Shown here: in pieces, positions 47,136-56,747 of the stretch
Position numbering within the stretch: position 1 is the first letter of the stretch
How the letters are laid out: every line of letters begins with the position of its first letter
Origin: a virus
Lineage: Duplodnaviria; Caudoviricetes
DNA length: 58,560 nucleotides
Virus record (IMG/VR): IMGVR_UViG_3300009149_000037
Coordinates: 1 to 58,560 of that record
Strand: one strand, 5' to 3'
Program-made: the position numbers and the translations under genes
Notes under the pieces: generated by a model
What the model saw: the letters and a program-made list of their open reading frames with translations, nothing else
Told to the model about the DNA's origin: nothing
The model's database searches: none

Positions 47136-47466
47136 ACTGCCCAAATTGACTCTTGACGTTCTATTGAAGTTTGCAGAAGAACATTCAAAAGACAAATTTG
47201 ATATTAACCATAGTAAAACCTGACTGGCCGTTCAATGTGCTGCCCAGTTAGGGTACACCGACCCAGGTATGGGTGGATATTCTACACTCCAATACCAAGA
47301 TGGGTTTAACGATTGGAAAGAGCGTTCCATTGATGAAGTCTACGCCAAATGGTGTGAAGATACAGTCAAATTGAGAGGAACTAACAAATCACAAGTCTGG
47401 ATGACTGGAGCAAAAATAGTTACTTCAATCAAGGAATACGTTAAGGATCACAATCATGAAGGTTGA
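47119..47466 (+). pseudogene. Hypothetical gene interrupted by in-frame TGA (47221-47223)
   Basis: GAAGGAGA RBS, MSLKSKLPK..HSKT*LAVQCAAQLG.., continuing in frame into the 47269-47466 ORF. Confidence 0.5.
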
Positions 47467-47995
47467 AAAAGAGAACAAATTCCTTTTCAAAGAAACTCTG
47501 GCACTACTCAAACCAGAATCAACGATCGTAGAACTTGGAACAATTCGAGACAGCAATCCCAAAGCAGAATTCACAGATGGCTGGAGCACTCTTCAATGGT
47601 ATCTTGCAGGACACGAAGTACATTCAATTGACACAGACTTTAGAGCACTCAAAATATGTGAGTTGACATTGAGACTTGAGACAACTCCTCGAACAAAACT
47701 CCCAGTGTTTCCTTATTTGGTTCACTGCAATGCTTTAGCTTTTCTCAGGGAAATGTGGCCTAAGTTAGACGCTCCAATTGATCTTCTCTACATTGATGCT
47801 CCAATAGGTCAGGAAGCTGCTGATTGTTTCATGCTCGCTGATAAATGGATTCAAGAAGGTGGCTTAGTTCTCGTAGATGATATTGAAGAGAACCACACTC
47901 AAAGAAAAGAGTTGTTACTGCCTGCAATCCTTGAAGCTGGATACGTTGAACTACATAACAATGGCAGACAATCACTACTTCAAAAACAAGGCTGA
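47456..47995 (+). CDS. Class I SAM-dependent methyltransferase (Methyltransf_24-like)
   Basis: 'IVELGT', 'HSIDTD', 'IDLLYIDA', 'GGLVLVDD'. Confidence 0.85.
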   Translation: MKVEKENKFLFKETLALLKPESTIVELGTIRDSNPKAEFTDGWSTLQWYLAGHEVHSIDTDFRALKICELTLRLETTPRTKLPVFPYLVHCNALAFLREMWPKLDAPIDLLYIDAPIGQEAADCFMLADKWIQEGGLVLVDDIEENHTQRKELLLPAILEAGYVELHNNGRQSLLQKQG

Positions 47996-47998
47996 GGT

Positions 47999-48625
47999 AT
48001 GAAACTATTTGATAGAGAAGTTGCTCGACAGACTCTGATTGATGTGTATCCAATCTTGAGTCCCTACTTTGCTTTGGCTCATGGAACAGTCTTAGGAGCT
48101 TACAGAGACAAAGATTTCACTCCAACAGAAGTAGATATTGATTTGCTAACAACGGTCGAAGTGATGGCAGAAAATGCTGAACTACTTCTTATAGCTTTGG
48201 AGCGTGAAGGATTTGTCAGTAGGGTAATTGAGAAACCCAATGGGGCTATCAGAGCGTTTTCAGTAAAGAGAAACGGTATCAAGATTGATTGTGCCGGATA
48301 CACGAAACATATTTTGAAGAGCAGCCAGGAATACAACACGTCTCTACACTCACTGATCAATTCTCGACCTAGATGTCTTTCGGCTTATAGAGAAGTAGGC
48401 TACTCAACTTCAACGCTTAAGGATTTTTCGATCGTTCATCCTTATTCCTTTTTCCTCAGGGAGAATATGGAGACGATTGATTTTCAGGGATTACCTTGGA
48501 AGATTCCTTCCCCAATTGAAGAGTATCTTGAAAGGGAGTATGGATCAGAATGGGAGACACCAATTCGTACTCACATGCAACAATCACGTATCTATCACTT
48601 TGAAACTCTGGAAGGAATATCATGA
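47999..48625 (+). CDS. licD: LicD/fukutin-family phosphoryl-ligand transferase
   Basis: 'HGTVLGAYRDKDFTPTEVDID', 'IPSPIEEYLEREYGSEWETP'. Confidence 0.82.
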   Translation: MKLFDREVARQTLIDVYPILSPYFALAHGTVLGAYRDKDFTPTEVDIDLLTTVEVMAENAELLLIALEREGFVSRVIEKPNGAIRAFSVKRNGIKIDCAGYTKHILKSSQEYNTSLHSLINSRPRCLSAYREVGYSTSTLKDFSIVHPYSFFLRENMETIDFQGLPWKIPSPIEEYLEREYGSEWETPIRTHMQQSRIYHFETLEGIS

Positions 48626-48897
48626 AAACAAGGCGATCTAATATAGAACTTGAACTAATAGGTAAGCTTTGTTGCAAACTTCTAAGGTCAAGAGTGAATC
48701 CAGAAAAAGGTTATTGTGAATTCTTTTTTCTAAAGGATCATTGCTGCGACATGCAAGGAGCAATCAATCTGGCAAAATACCTTATGGGAGAGTCTCTGAG
48801 ATACATTAGAACGTATTCTGGAGAAGATTTAGATACTTCCTACATTTGTCTAGGAGATGACTCTTGGGTAGCACACAACAGGAAATTTGATGAGTGA
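48622..48897 (+). CDS. Hypothetical protein
   Basis: Coupled ORF, 'HCCDMQGAI'. Confidence 0.5.
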   Translation: MKTRRSNIELELIGKLCCKLLRSRVNPEKGYCEFFFLKDHCCDMQGAINLAKYLMGESLRYIRTYSGEDLDTSYICLGDDSWVAHNRKFDE

Positions 48898-50446
48898 GCT
48901 TGCATTGGACCCTGTAGGATTTGTGGCTAGGGTTTGGCCTAAAGTCATTCTGTATGACAAGCAGGCTGAGATTATGGAATCGGTAAGGGACAACGATGAC
49001 ACGATCGTTATTGCAGGGAACCAACTTGGCAAAGACTTTATCTCAGGTCTTATTGCTCTATGGTTCTTTTGTTCTAGGCGACCTGCAAGGGTTGTCACCT
49101 CATCTGTTAAATTTGATCAACTCAATGACGTTCTATGGGGTGAAATCAGAAACTTCTTATCAACCTCAGCAATGCCCTTACCAGTTCAAAACAACCACAT
49201 GAAGTTGAGACAAACTTACAATGATGGGCGTATTGTTGATAAATCAGAAATGGTTGGTCAGGTTGTTTCTACAGAGGAAGGTTTGCTGGGTCGTCACTTG
49301 GCAAGAGGTGATAACAATCTTCCAATGACGCTGGTTATCTTCGATGAATGCTCTGGAGTTGATGATGGAGTCTGGGAAAAATGCTCAACATGGTCTCATC
49401 GAAGATTAGCAATTGGAAATCCTTTTGATTGTGAGAACTTCTTCAAGAAAGCGTATGACAAAGGAGATATTCCAAGAGACCCGAAAGACTTGAGCAAAGG
49501 CTACTATCAAAAAGTCATTTACATTAACGCTGAAGATTCTCCAAACGTGAAGCTGGCTCGAAAGCAGATCGCAGAAGGTTTAGAACCTACAAATGAAATC
49601 GTAGTGCCTGGAGTAAAGGACTGGCTGACCTACGTTAAGCAACGGCAACTCTGGGACGTTAAACTAGCTACGATTGGCCTAGATGCTAAATTCTACGAAG
49701 GGGCAGACGTTAGACTCTACCCTCAAGAATGGCTTCAACTTGCTGCGAGACATTCAGAGACTTACAAGATTTCAAGTAACGATACAGCAGAGTCAATTGG
49801 TATTGATGTTGCAGAGGGTGGAGACTCAACGGTTTGGACGGTCATTGATTGGCGAGGAATCCTAGAACAAATTTCTTTGAAGACTGAAGACACTTCGATT
49901 ATTCCAAGCCATACGATTGCTCTTGGACTGAAATGGAATGTGCCGCCTGAAATGTGGTGGTTTGATAGAGGTGGTGGTGGAAAGCAACATGCAGACGTTT
50001 TGAAGCGGCAGGGATATCAAGTCAAAACAGTAGGATTTGGAGAACCTTCATCTGACCCTCATAAGTTCAAAAGAGGTAAAGTCAGTTTTAAGAAAAGAGA
50101 GTCAAGAGAAGACGCAAGGTATGCTTTCAAGAATCGTCGAGCAGAAATGTTTGGATTGATACGATATGAATTTCTTGATCCTTCTGCTGAGAATTATCCT
50201 TTCGGTATTCCCAGACAGCTTTCTGAGTTACACTCTCAACTATCGAAATTCCCTTTGGACTATGAAGAGGGCAAACTTATCCTTCCACCAAAGAACGCAA
50301 TCAGTGACAAGCAGCGAAAAAGGGGCGTGACTAGAACACTTACTCAAATGATTGGTCATAGTCCAGATGAAGCAGACTCCTTAGCATTAGCAATCTACGG
50401 CATGCTAAGGAAAAGACATATCAAAGTTCTTGGAAGAGGAATTTAA
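48890..50446 (+). CDS. terL: Terminase large subunit
   Basis: 'KQAEI', Walker A 'AGNQLGKD', Walker B 'VIFDEC', 'GNP', nuclease 'GIDVAEGGD', 'SPDEADS'. Confidence 0.92.
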   Translation: MSELALDPVGFVARVWPKVILYDKQAEIMESVRDNDDTIVIAGNQLGKDFISGLIALWFFCSRRPARVVTSSVKFDQLNDVLWGEIRNFLSTSAMPLPVQNNHMKLRQTYNDGRIVDKSEMVGQVVSTEEGLLGRHLARGDNNLPMTLVIFDECSGVDDGVWEKCSTWSHRRLAIGNPFDCENFFKKAYDKGDIPRDPKDLSKGYYQKVIYINAEDSPNVKLARKQIAEGLEPTNEIVVPGVKDWLTYVKQRQLWDVKLATIGLDAKFYEGADVRLYPQEWLQLAARHSETYKISSNDTAESIGIDVAEGGDSTVWTVIDWRGILEQISLKTEDTSIIPSHTIALGLKWNVPPEMWWFDRGGGGKQHADVLKRQGYQVKTVGFGEPSSDPHKFKRGKVSFKKRESREDARYAFKNRRAEMFGLIRYEFLDPSAENYPFGIPRQLSELHSQLSKFPLDYEEGKLILPPKNAISDKQRKRGVTRTLTQMIGHSPDEADSLALAIYGMLRKRHIKVLGRGI

Positions 50447-50589
50447 CATGAATGACGCTTTAGAAAAATTCCAAGAAGCGAAGAGGCAATTTGTAATCTC
50501 TGTTGCTCATGCTTTGAAGATTGACAAGCTCTGTGACTGGCTCACAAAGACAATTCGAAAATTCAATCCTTAACACTTAGGAATCTAAC

Positions 50590-52167
50590 ATGGCTAAGAA
50601 GAAATCAGCAGTTCCAAAGAAGGTGAAGAATACAAGTCTGGAATTGACGGTCAAAGAAGCTACTCAAAAAGTTGAGATGGCTATCAATCAGTTGATGTCC
50701 AGAAGTAAGTACCTCAACAAAAATCTCGATGACCGACGATCAATCAATGACGATTGTGGTTATCCTGATAATCCAGATATTGATTCGCATTTCCTGCCTC
50801 TCTATGAGCGTGAAGGAGTCGCACGAAGAACAGTCAATATCTATCCCGATGAATGTTGGAAGTCTATCCCTTCAGTTTTTGAGACAGACGATACAGACGA
50901 AGAGACTGAATTTGAAAAAGCTTTCGGAGAACTTGGCAAATCTCTAATGGGAGAAGAGGATCACTACAATCCTGAAGACAGTGGACATCCATTGTGGGAG
51001 TATCTTCATCGCCTTGATATTGTTTCTGGAATTGGAAGATATGGCGTTCTGCTTCTAGGCTTTGATGACTCTGAAGATTTCAGCAAAGAGGTTCAACCTA
51101 GAAACGGAAAAATCAAGCTGGTTTATGTGAGAGTCTTTCACGAAGCGAATGCTCAAATCACAAAGCTTGATGAGAACAAAAACAGTTCAAGATACGGACA
51201 ACCAGTTGAGTATAGTCTCTCAACAACGAACGTCTCTTCAGTCACAGACAGCGAGACTTCTGTTGATGCAATGAAGGTTCATTGGACAAGAGTTATCCAT
51301 GTCGCTGATACGCTTGTCACAAATGAGTTGTATGGAACTCCAAGGCTCAAATCGAATCTCAACAGGCAACTCGACCTTAGAAAACTCTATGGTGGTTCAG
51401 CCGAAATGTATTGGCGAGGAGCTTTCCCCGGTCTTGCTCTTCAGACAAATCCTAATATGGACCCAGACTACGTCATTGATAGAACTGCTCTCAAAGACAA
51501 CATGGAGAACTTCTTCAATTCGCTCCAAAGGTATTCACTGCTTGAAGGTCTTGAAGCAAATATGCTTGCTCCAACGGTCGTTGATCCTTCTCCTCAAGTA
51601 GCAGTTCAAATTGACGCTATCTGTATTGATATTCAATGCCCACGAAGAATCTTTACAGGCTCTGAACGTGGTGAATTAGCTTCTTCTCAGGATAGCGAAG
51701 CGTGGGAAGGTCGATTGAAATCTCGGAGAACAGAATACATCACTCCAAAGATTATTGTGAAGGTCATCAATCGGCTTATTAAAGTTGGTATTCTTCCAGT
51801 TCCACCAGAAGGATTCAAAGTAGCCTGGGAAGAAACACAGCAACTCTCAGAAGAACTTCAGGCTAAAATTGCAGAGATTAAAACCAAAGCCATCGCTGCT
51901 TATCTTCAGGGAGACGGCAGCAACCTGATTGCTCCTGAAGATTTCTTGACTCGCATTCTTGGATTTACAGGCGAGGAAACTCAAGAGATTCTCGATGCCA
52001 CTGAAAAGTATCTGATTGATAATCCTATTGAAGAGGAGTTCGATGATGGACTCGACGAATTCGGAAACCCCCAACAGTTTCCTGAAGAAAATATCAAGCC
52101 ACCAAAGCAACCATCAAGCAATCCCTTTCCAACAACAACCAAGCCAAAACCAACAGTCTCCAAATGA
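50590..52167 (+). CDS. Portal protein (DUF1073-type)
   Basis: Follows TerL; 'YEREGVARRTVNIYPDECW', 'VHWTRVIH', 'GGSAEMYW', 'PRRIFTG'. Confidence 0.88.
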   Translation: MAKKKSAVPKKVKNTSLELTVKEATQKVEMAINQLMSRSKYLNKNLDDRRSINDDCGYPDNPDIDSHFLPLYEREGVARRTVNIYPDECWKSIPSVFETDDTDEETEFEKAFGELGKSLMGEEDHYNPEDSGHPLWEYLHRLDIVSGIGRYGVLLLGFDDSEDFSKEVQPRNGKIKLVYVRVFHEANAQITKLDENKNSSRYGQPVEYSLSTTNVSSVTDSETSVDAMKVHWTRVIHVADTLVTNELYGTPRLKSNLNRQLDLRKLYGGSAEMYWRGAFPGLALQTNPNMDPDYVIDRTALKDNMENFFNSLQRYSLLEGLEANMLAPTVVDPSPQVAVQIDAICIDIQCPRRIFTGSERGELASSQDSEAWEGRLKSRRTEYITPKIIVKVINRLIKVGILPVPPEGFKVAWEETQQLSEELQAKIAEIKTKAIAAYLQGDGSNLIAPEDFLTRILGFTGEETQEILDATEKYLIDNPIEEEFDDGLDEFGNPQQFPEENIKPPKQPSSNPFPTTTKPKPTVSK

Positions 52168-52346
52168 AAAGGTTATTGAGGGAAGTTGTCAGCCTGAAAG
52201 GTATCTTCCAACTCAAGAAGAGATACTTGAAGGGACTCGATTGATTCGAGAGACTTGGTCAGAAGAGGAAATGCGTAGACGATACGTTGGAGAAATACCT
52301 GCTCCAGATACTTTCACTATTCCTCAATGCTCGATAGGCGTCGAAG

Positions 52347-52568
52347 ATGGTCGAAGAAAATAGAATTGAATGTATTGATATCTATCTGGCAAATGGCCAT
52401 ATCTACGCTTACCGATTCCAGAATACTGTGACGGACAGACTCGCTTTACTGTTTAGTTTGAAGAGACAACTCAGAGACAAATCATTGGAAGGTTTTTCCA
52501 AAGACATTTACACAATTGTCTATGAGCGAATGGCAACACTTGCCTTAGAAGATCAAGGATTTCAATGA
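52347..52568 (+). CDS. Hypothetical protein
   Basis: Coupled to the next gene (ATGA). Confidence 0.45.
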   Translation: MVEENRIECIDIYLANGHIYAYRFQNTVTDRLALLFSLKRQLRDKSLEGFSKDIYTIVYERMATLALEDQGFQ

Positions 52569-54301
52569 CAACTCTAAACGCTAAACATACTCACAGAAGA
52601 GTTTCAAGAAATCCTTTGAAGATTGATCCTTCAAGGACAAAAACTATTCGTGATGCCTACCAAAGAATTCTTAGAGTCAAATTCGGCAAATTAAAAAGAG
52701 CAATTACCAAACTGATACTTCAAGAAAATGCTTTTGGATTAGGCCCAAGAGTAACCTTCAACGAACTTCAATTGGTTGAGAATACTCGATTTGCTTTTGA
52801 GTCTGATCCTAGAAAGCTGCAACTGTTTCAAGAATGGCTTGCTGAAGAATACTCTAAAGACATACTTCCAGGCTCGATTGAAAACGCCAATGATGCTTAC
52901 TGGACGAAGTATGTCAATGAAGCTTATGAGAAGGGTCAAGGTAGAGCATTCGATGGGGTCAACAAACCGGCTCTTACTGACGCTAACTTTCTCGGGGGAG
53001 CAAAGGGAGAATTTCTAAGGCAGTCTCTTGGTGGACCAGTTGCAATTGATCGAGTCAAATCTTTGGCAGCAAGAAACTTCACTGAATTGAAAGGAGTTAC
53101 AGAAGCAATCTCTCAACAACTTTCAAGACATCTCGTTGAAGGTATGGCTCAAGGATTAGGTCCAAGAGAAATCGCCAGCCGAATGAACAAGACGATTGAT
53201 ACAATCACAAAAAACAGAGCATTGGTTATCGCTCGTACAGAAACTGTGAGGGCACATGCAGAAGGACAATTAGATGCCATTGAAAATCTTGGAGTAGAGA
53301 AAGTCAGAGTGGCAGTTGAGTGGTCTACTGTAGGTGATGATAGAGTCTGTCCTCTCTGCTCACCGATGGAAGGCGTGGTACTCGATATCAAAAAAGCTAG
53401 AGGTATCATCCCACGGCACCCCAATTGCAGATGTGCTTACATACCCGCAAATGTCGGTGAGCCTAAACTGGGACAGAAGAGAAGCAAGCAGGAAACACAA
53501 CAGGCGTTCGACGAATCCATCAAAGCAGAAATCCCAAAACGAGACAAAGACAAGATCACGATTACCGATCAAAAGAAACGATCAAAATGGACTGGAGCAG
53601 ATACCAAACCCGGAGCAGCTCCAAGGTCCATACTCGATACAGATATTGCTCCAAAATCTACACCAACAGGAAAAACTCTTGCTAAACCAACTCAATTAAA
53701 AACTGCTATAAAGACCTCAAAAACAACGAGACAATTTCCTAAAGCAATTAGCGAAGAAGAATTCAATAAGTCAAAGAAAAGAGGCGACGAAATTTGGTAT
53801 AGAGGTATAAAAGGCCCAAAAGCTAAACAATACGCTAATGAATTGGCAGAAGGAATCCAGTATATTCCTAATGACATTTTTGGTTCAGGGACGTTTATCG
53901 CTGTTGGGGATAATGCTGAAGACATGGCAAAGTTTTTTGCAGGTAAAAATGGGGTAATTGTTAAAGGTGTTTTAGAAAAAGACGCCAAAATTATTAGTAG
54001 AAAAAACGCCTTAGAAAGAATCTCTGAGAATGGAAATAAGTTTAATGAGCTTCATGATAAAAAATTGGCTGAGTTAATTAGCCGAGGTCAATCAGGAGAT
54101 ATGAAAGCCTTTGAAGAAATGACTGAATTATTTAACAAGAAAAATAAGTTTGATGCTCTTCAAACAACCTATAACTCCGATCCAACTAAGTGGGCCAAAG
54201 AAAATGGGTTTCACGGATTGAGGCAATTTAATGGTCAGTCATTGAGTGAAGAGATAGTTTTATTTGATTTGAACAAAACTAAAATAGTTAATCCGGAGTA
54301 G
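52565..54301 (+). CDS. MuF/SPP1 gp7 minor head protein with C-terminal ADP-ribosyltransferase-like extension
   Basis: MuF 'RALVIARTETVRAH..DDRVCPLC..PRHPNCRC'; tail 'WYRG..FGSGTF..GFHG..EEIVLFD'. Confidence 0.8.
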   Translation: MTTLNAKHTHRRVSRNPLKIDPSRTKTIRDAYQRILRVKFGKLKRAITKLILQENAFGLGPRVTFNELQLVENTRFAFESDPRKLQLFQEWLAEEYSKDILPGSIENANDAYWTKYVNEAYEKGQGRAFDGVNKPALTDANFLGGAKGEFLRQSLGGPVAIDRVKSLAARNFTELKGVTEAISQQLSRHLVEGMAQGLGPREIASRMNKTIDTITKNRALVIARTETVRAHAEGQLDAIENLGVEKVRVAVEWSTVGDDRVCPLCSPMEGVVLDIKKARGIIPRHPNCRCAYIPANVGEPKLGQKRSKQETQQAFDESIKAEIPKRDKDKITITDQKKRSKWTGADTKPGAAPRSILDTDIAPKSTPTGKTLAKPTQLKTAIKTSKTTRQFPKAISEEEFNKSKKRGDEIWYRGIKGPKAKQYANELAEGIQYIPNDIFGSGTFIAVGDNAEDMAKFFAGKNGVIVKGVLEKDAKIISRKNALERISENGNKFNELHDKKLAELISRGQSGDMKAFEEMTELFNKKNKFDALQTTYNSDPTKWAKENGFHGLRQFNGQSLSEEIVLFDLNKTKIVNPE

Positions 54302-54326
54302 CCTCAAAATCAATTCTGGACGAATA

Positions 54327-54524
54327 ATGAAATACCCTAAAGATCATCCTGTTTGGACTATTGCAAGGCATAGTGTCTATCTTGGATTTGCAACTTTGAT
54401 TCTCTACACAAATGCAAGCAATTTTGACCATACAGAAATAAAGACAATTCTTGAAATGGGTTTGGTGTTCATTGGAGCTGATTATGCCAAATCCAAATTA
54501 TCAAAGTCTAAGGAGAAAGACTAG
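54327..54524 (+). CDS. Small 2-TM membrane protein (holin candidate)
   Basis: Two hydrophobic segments and a basic C-terminus. Confidence 0.4.
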   Translation: MKYPKDHPVWTIARHSVYLGFATLILYTNASNFDHTEIKTILEMGLVFIGADYAKSKLSKSKEKD

Positions 54525-54526
54525 AG

Positions 54527-54790
54527 ATGGCTAAACGACATAAAGGCGGCAGAGAATTCACGGACACTGAAGAAAGGATTCTTGCTCTATTGCAAGATGG
54601 AAAGCCTCATACAAGAAAAGAAGTCAGATGCTCAATTGGAGACGAACATACTTCTTTGAAGAGTGTCTCATTCCATCTGTCTAACATTCGAAAAGTGTTG
54701 AATCCCAAAGGCCACGACATCATTTGTGAGTTTCGACACAAGAATATCAGCTATCGTTGGGTGAGATTATTGCCATCAGCTTGTGAATAG
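54527..54790 (+). CDS. Winged-helix DNA-binding protein
   Basis: 'FTDTEERILALLQDGKPHTRKE..VSFHLSNIRKVL'. Confidence 0.7.
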   Translation: MAKRHKGGREFTDTEERILALLQDGKPHTRKEVRCSIGDEHTSLKSVSFHLSNIRKVLNPKGHDIICEFRHKNISYRWVRLLPSACE

Positions 54791-54894
54791 CTTAGTTGTA
54801 CTATCTTTCGAAGGCTTGCAGTTTACGGATTGCTTTGAACAGACTTAGTATTCCTCAGTGAATACAAATTTCGTCTGTTCTCCGTAGGCTCTCT

Positions 54895-56163
54895 ATGACT
54901 ATTGAAAATCTAGTAGTCAATCTTTCTGGCAAAGTGCGAAGAGTGAAGAGCAAAGGGATTCAATACCTTGTTGCTCCTGTTCGCATGATTGTGCCTGGCG
55001 TACTCAATGGTTCATTGGGTCCGCTGCTTTATCCGCCTGAAGAAATCAAAGCCACTTTCCGTAAATGGAATGGTGTACCTCTCACGAACAATCATCCTTC
55101 TGGCTCAGCTATGGAAGCTGGTCACCTCATTATGGGTGAAGTTCGAAATGCTGGTACGGATGGAGCAGACCTCATTGGAGAAGCCTGGTTCAACGTAGAG
55201 AAAACGAAAAAAGTCAACAACGATATTTATGCTGCATTAACTCAAGGCCAGAAGATTGAATTGAGTACAGGCTTAGGAGTTGACAAAGAAGAAGCTCCTG
55301 CTGATTCCGTTTTCAATGGCGAAGTCTATACACATATTGCTCGAAACTTTAAGCCAGACCACCTTGCAATTCTCATCGACTCAATTGGAGCTTGCTCCGT
55401 GAAAGCCGGTTGTGGAGTATTCAATGAAGAATCAAAGGTTGATTCTGAAGCAGAAGAAACTCTTGTCCCTGTAAGTAATTCAGAAGAAGAGGAAGACTCA
55501 ATGAAGTTGAAACCAGAGGAACGAACAGCAATCGTCAACGGTCTGATTGCTAACAATTGCGGCTGTTGGACACAAGATGATACTGAAGTTCTGAATGGTT
55601 TCTCCGATGAGAAGCTGACCAGCCTTCAGGAATCATCTGTCAAGAATTCAGAGATGAAAGAAACTCTGAATGCTGCAACGAAAGAATTCAAAACTGAAGA
55701 TGGTACCACTCTTACTTTCAATGTTGAGAATAAGAAGTGGATTTCTAAGACTCCTGAAAAGGAGGTTGATAAGGAGGGTTCTGTGGTGAACAAGCATGGT
55801 CAAGGTATGGGTGATGAGCCTCAAACGACCGATCAATGGCTGGCGTCTGCTCCGCCTGAAGTTCGGGAGGCTGTCTCTAACTCAATGCAGATTCAGAACG
55901 AAGCAAAGGAAGCTCTTGTTCGTCGTCTCATCGCAAATGTTGCAGACGCTGACAAGCACGCTAAGGGTGAATCTCTTATGAAGAGGTCACTCGCCGAACT
56001 TCGTGAAATCGAAGCTCTCTTGCCTGCTCCTGCGGCACAGAACTCTTCTTCAGGGATTAACTGGGGGGCAGCTTCTGGTGGCTCTGACCGAACTGTCATG
56101 AATGAATTTGGCAGCGATGAATTCATTCCAGAAACCTCTTTGAGCTTTTCGAACGGCAAGTGA
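54895..56163 (+). CDS. Prohead protease/scaffold (DUF2213-like)
   Basis: 'VPLTNNHP', 'ELSTG', 'PDHLAIL..GACSV..GCG', followed by a helical scaffold region. Confidence 0.85.
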   Translation: MTIENLVVNLSGKVRRVKSKGIQYLVAPVRMIVPGVLNGSLGPLLYPPEEIKATFRKWNGVPLTNNHPSGSAMEAGHLIMGEVRNAGTDGADLIGEAWFNVEKTKKVNNDIYAALTQGQKIELSTGLGVDKEEAPADSVFNGEVYTHIARNFKPDHLAILIDSIGACSVKAGCGVFNEESKVDSEAEETLVPVSNSEEEEDSMKLKPEERTAIVNGLIANNCGCWTQDDTEVLNGFSDEKLTSLQESSVKNSEMKETLNAATKEFKTEDGTTLTFNVENKKWISKTPEKEVDKEGSVVNKHGQGMGDEPQTTDQWLASAPPEVREAVSNSMQIQNEAKEALVRRLIANVADADKHAKGESLMKRSLAELREIEALLPAPAAQNSSSGINWGAASGGSDRTVMNEFGSDEFIPETSLSFSNGK

Positions 56164-56215
56164 TTTCATAAGTCACTTTCAATATAACAAACCTACACGA
56201 TAGAGGAAAATTCCG

Positions 56216-56695
56216 ATGGCTAAGGGAAATGGAATTGTGGTTAGCTACCCTGAAAGGGGTGTGCGTTTTGAAGGGACAATCACTGGAGCATTGCTTCCAG
56301 GCACGATTGTTCAGATTGATGTTTCTGAAGGGATTGATACCAACGGAAACTTTACTTGGGAAGCGTATAACGCTGCCGCTGATGGTAACCAGCGACTGAT
56401 TGCAGTTCTTCTGCCTTCAGAACTCAAAGGTGCAATCGCAACGGCTGCGTATGTCAATGGTGATCACTGCTTTGTGTATGTTCCTGCCGCTGGCGAACAA
56501 CTGAATTGCATCGTTGGCGACGTTGCTGGTACTGGCGATGATCACGCATTCGGTGATCTTCTGATTGTCGATGATGGAACAGGCGAACTGGTTGCTACAA
56601 CTGGTACTCCAGAATCTGAACCATTCATTCTGCTTGAAGCTATTACTGATCCGACTGCGGATACTCTGGCTCACGTTCTGTTCACAGGATATTGA
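56216..56695 (+). CDS. Head decoration/cement protein
   Basis: Small beta-rich protein between scaffold and capsid genes. Confidence 0.65.
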   Translation: MAKGNGIVVSYPERGVRFEGTITGALLPGTIVQIDVSEGIDTNGNFTWEAYNAAADGNQRLIAVLLPSELKGAIATAAYVNGDHCFVYVPAAGEQLNCIVGDVAGTGDDHAFGDLLIVDDGTGELVATTGTPESEPFILLEAITDPTADTLAHVLFTGY

Positions 56696-56747
56696 TACTT
56701 CCCCTGAGTGGGATTACTAGAAAAAACCTTTTTGGGAGAAGTTGAAA

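Noticed and set aside
50590-52167. Anti-CBASS Acb1 (label sometimes attached to DUF1073 proteins)
   Set aside because: Size and position directly after TerL indicate a portal; no separate 2H phosphoesterase domain is evident.
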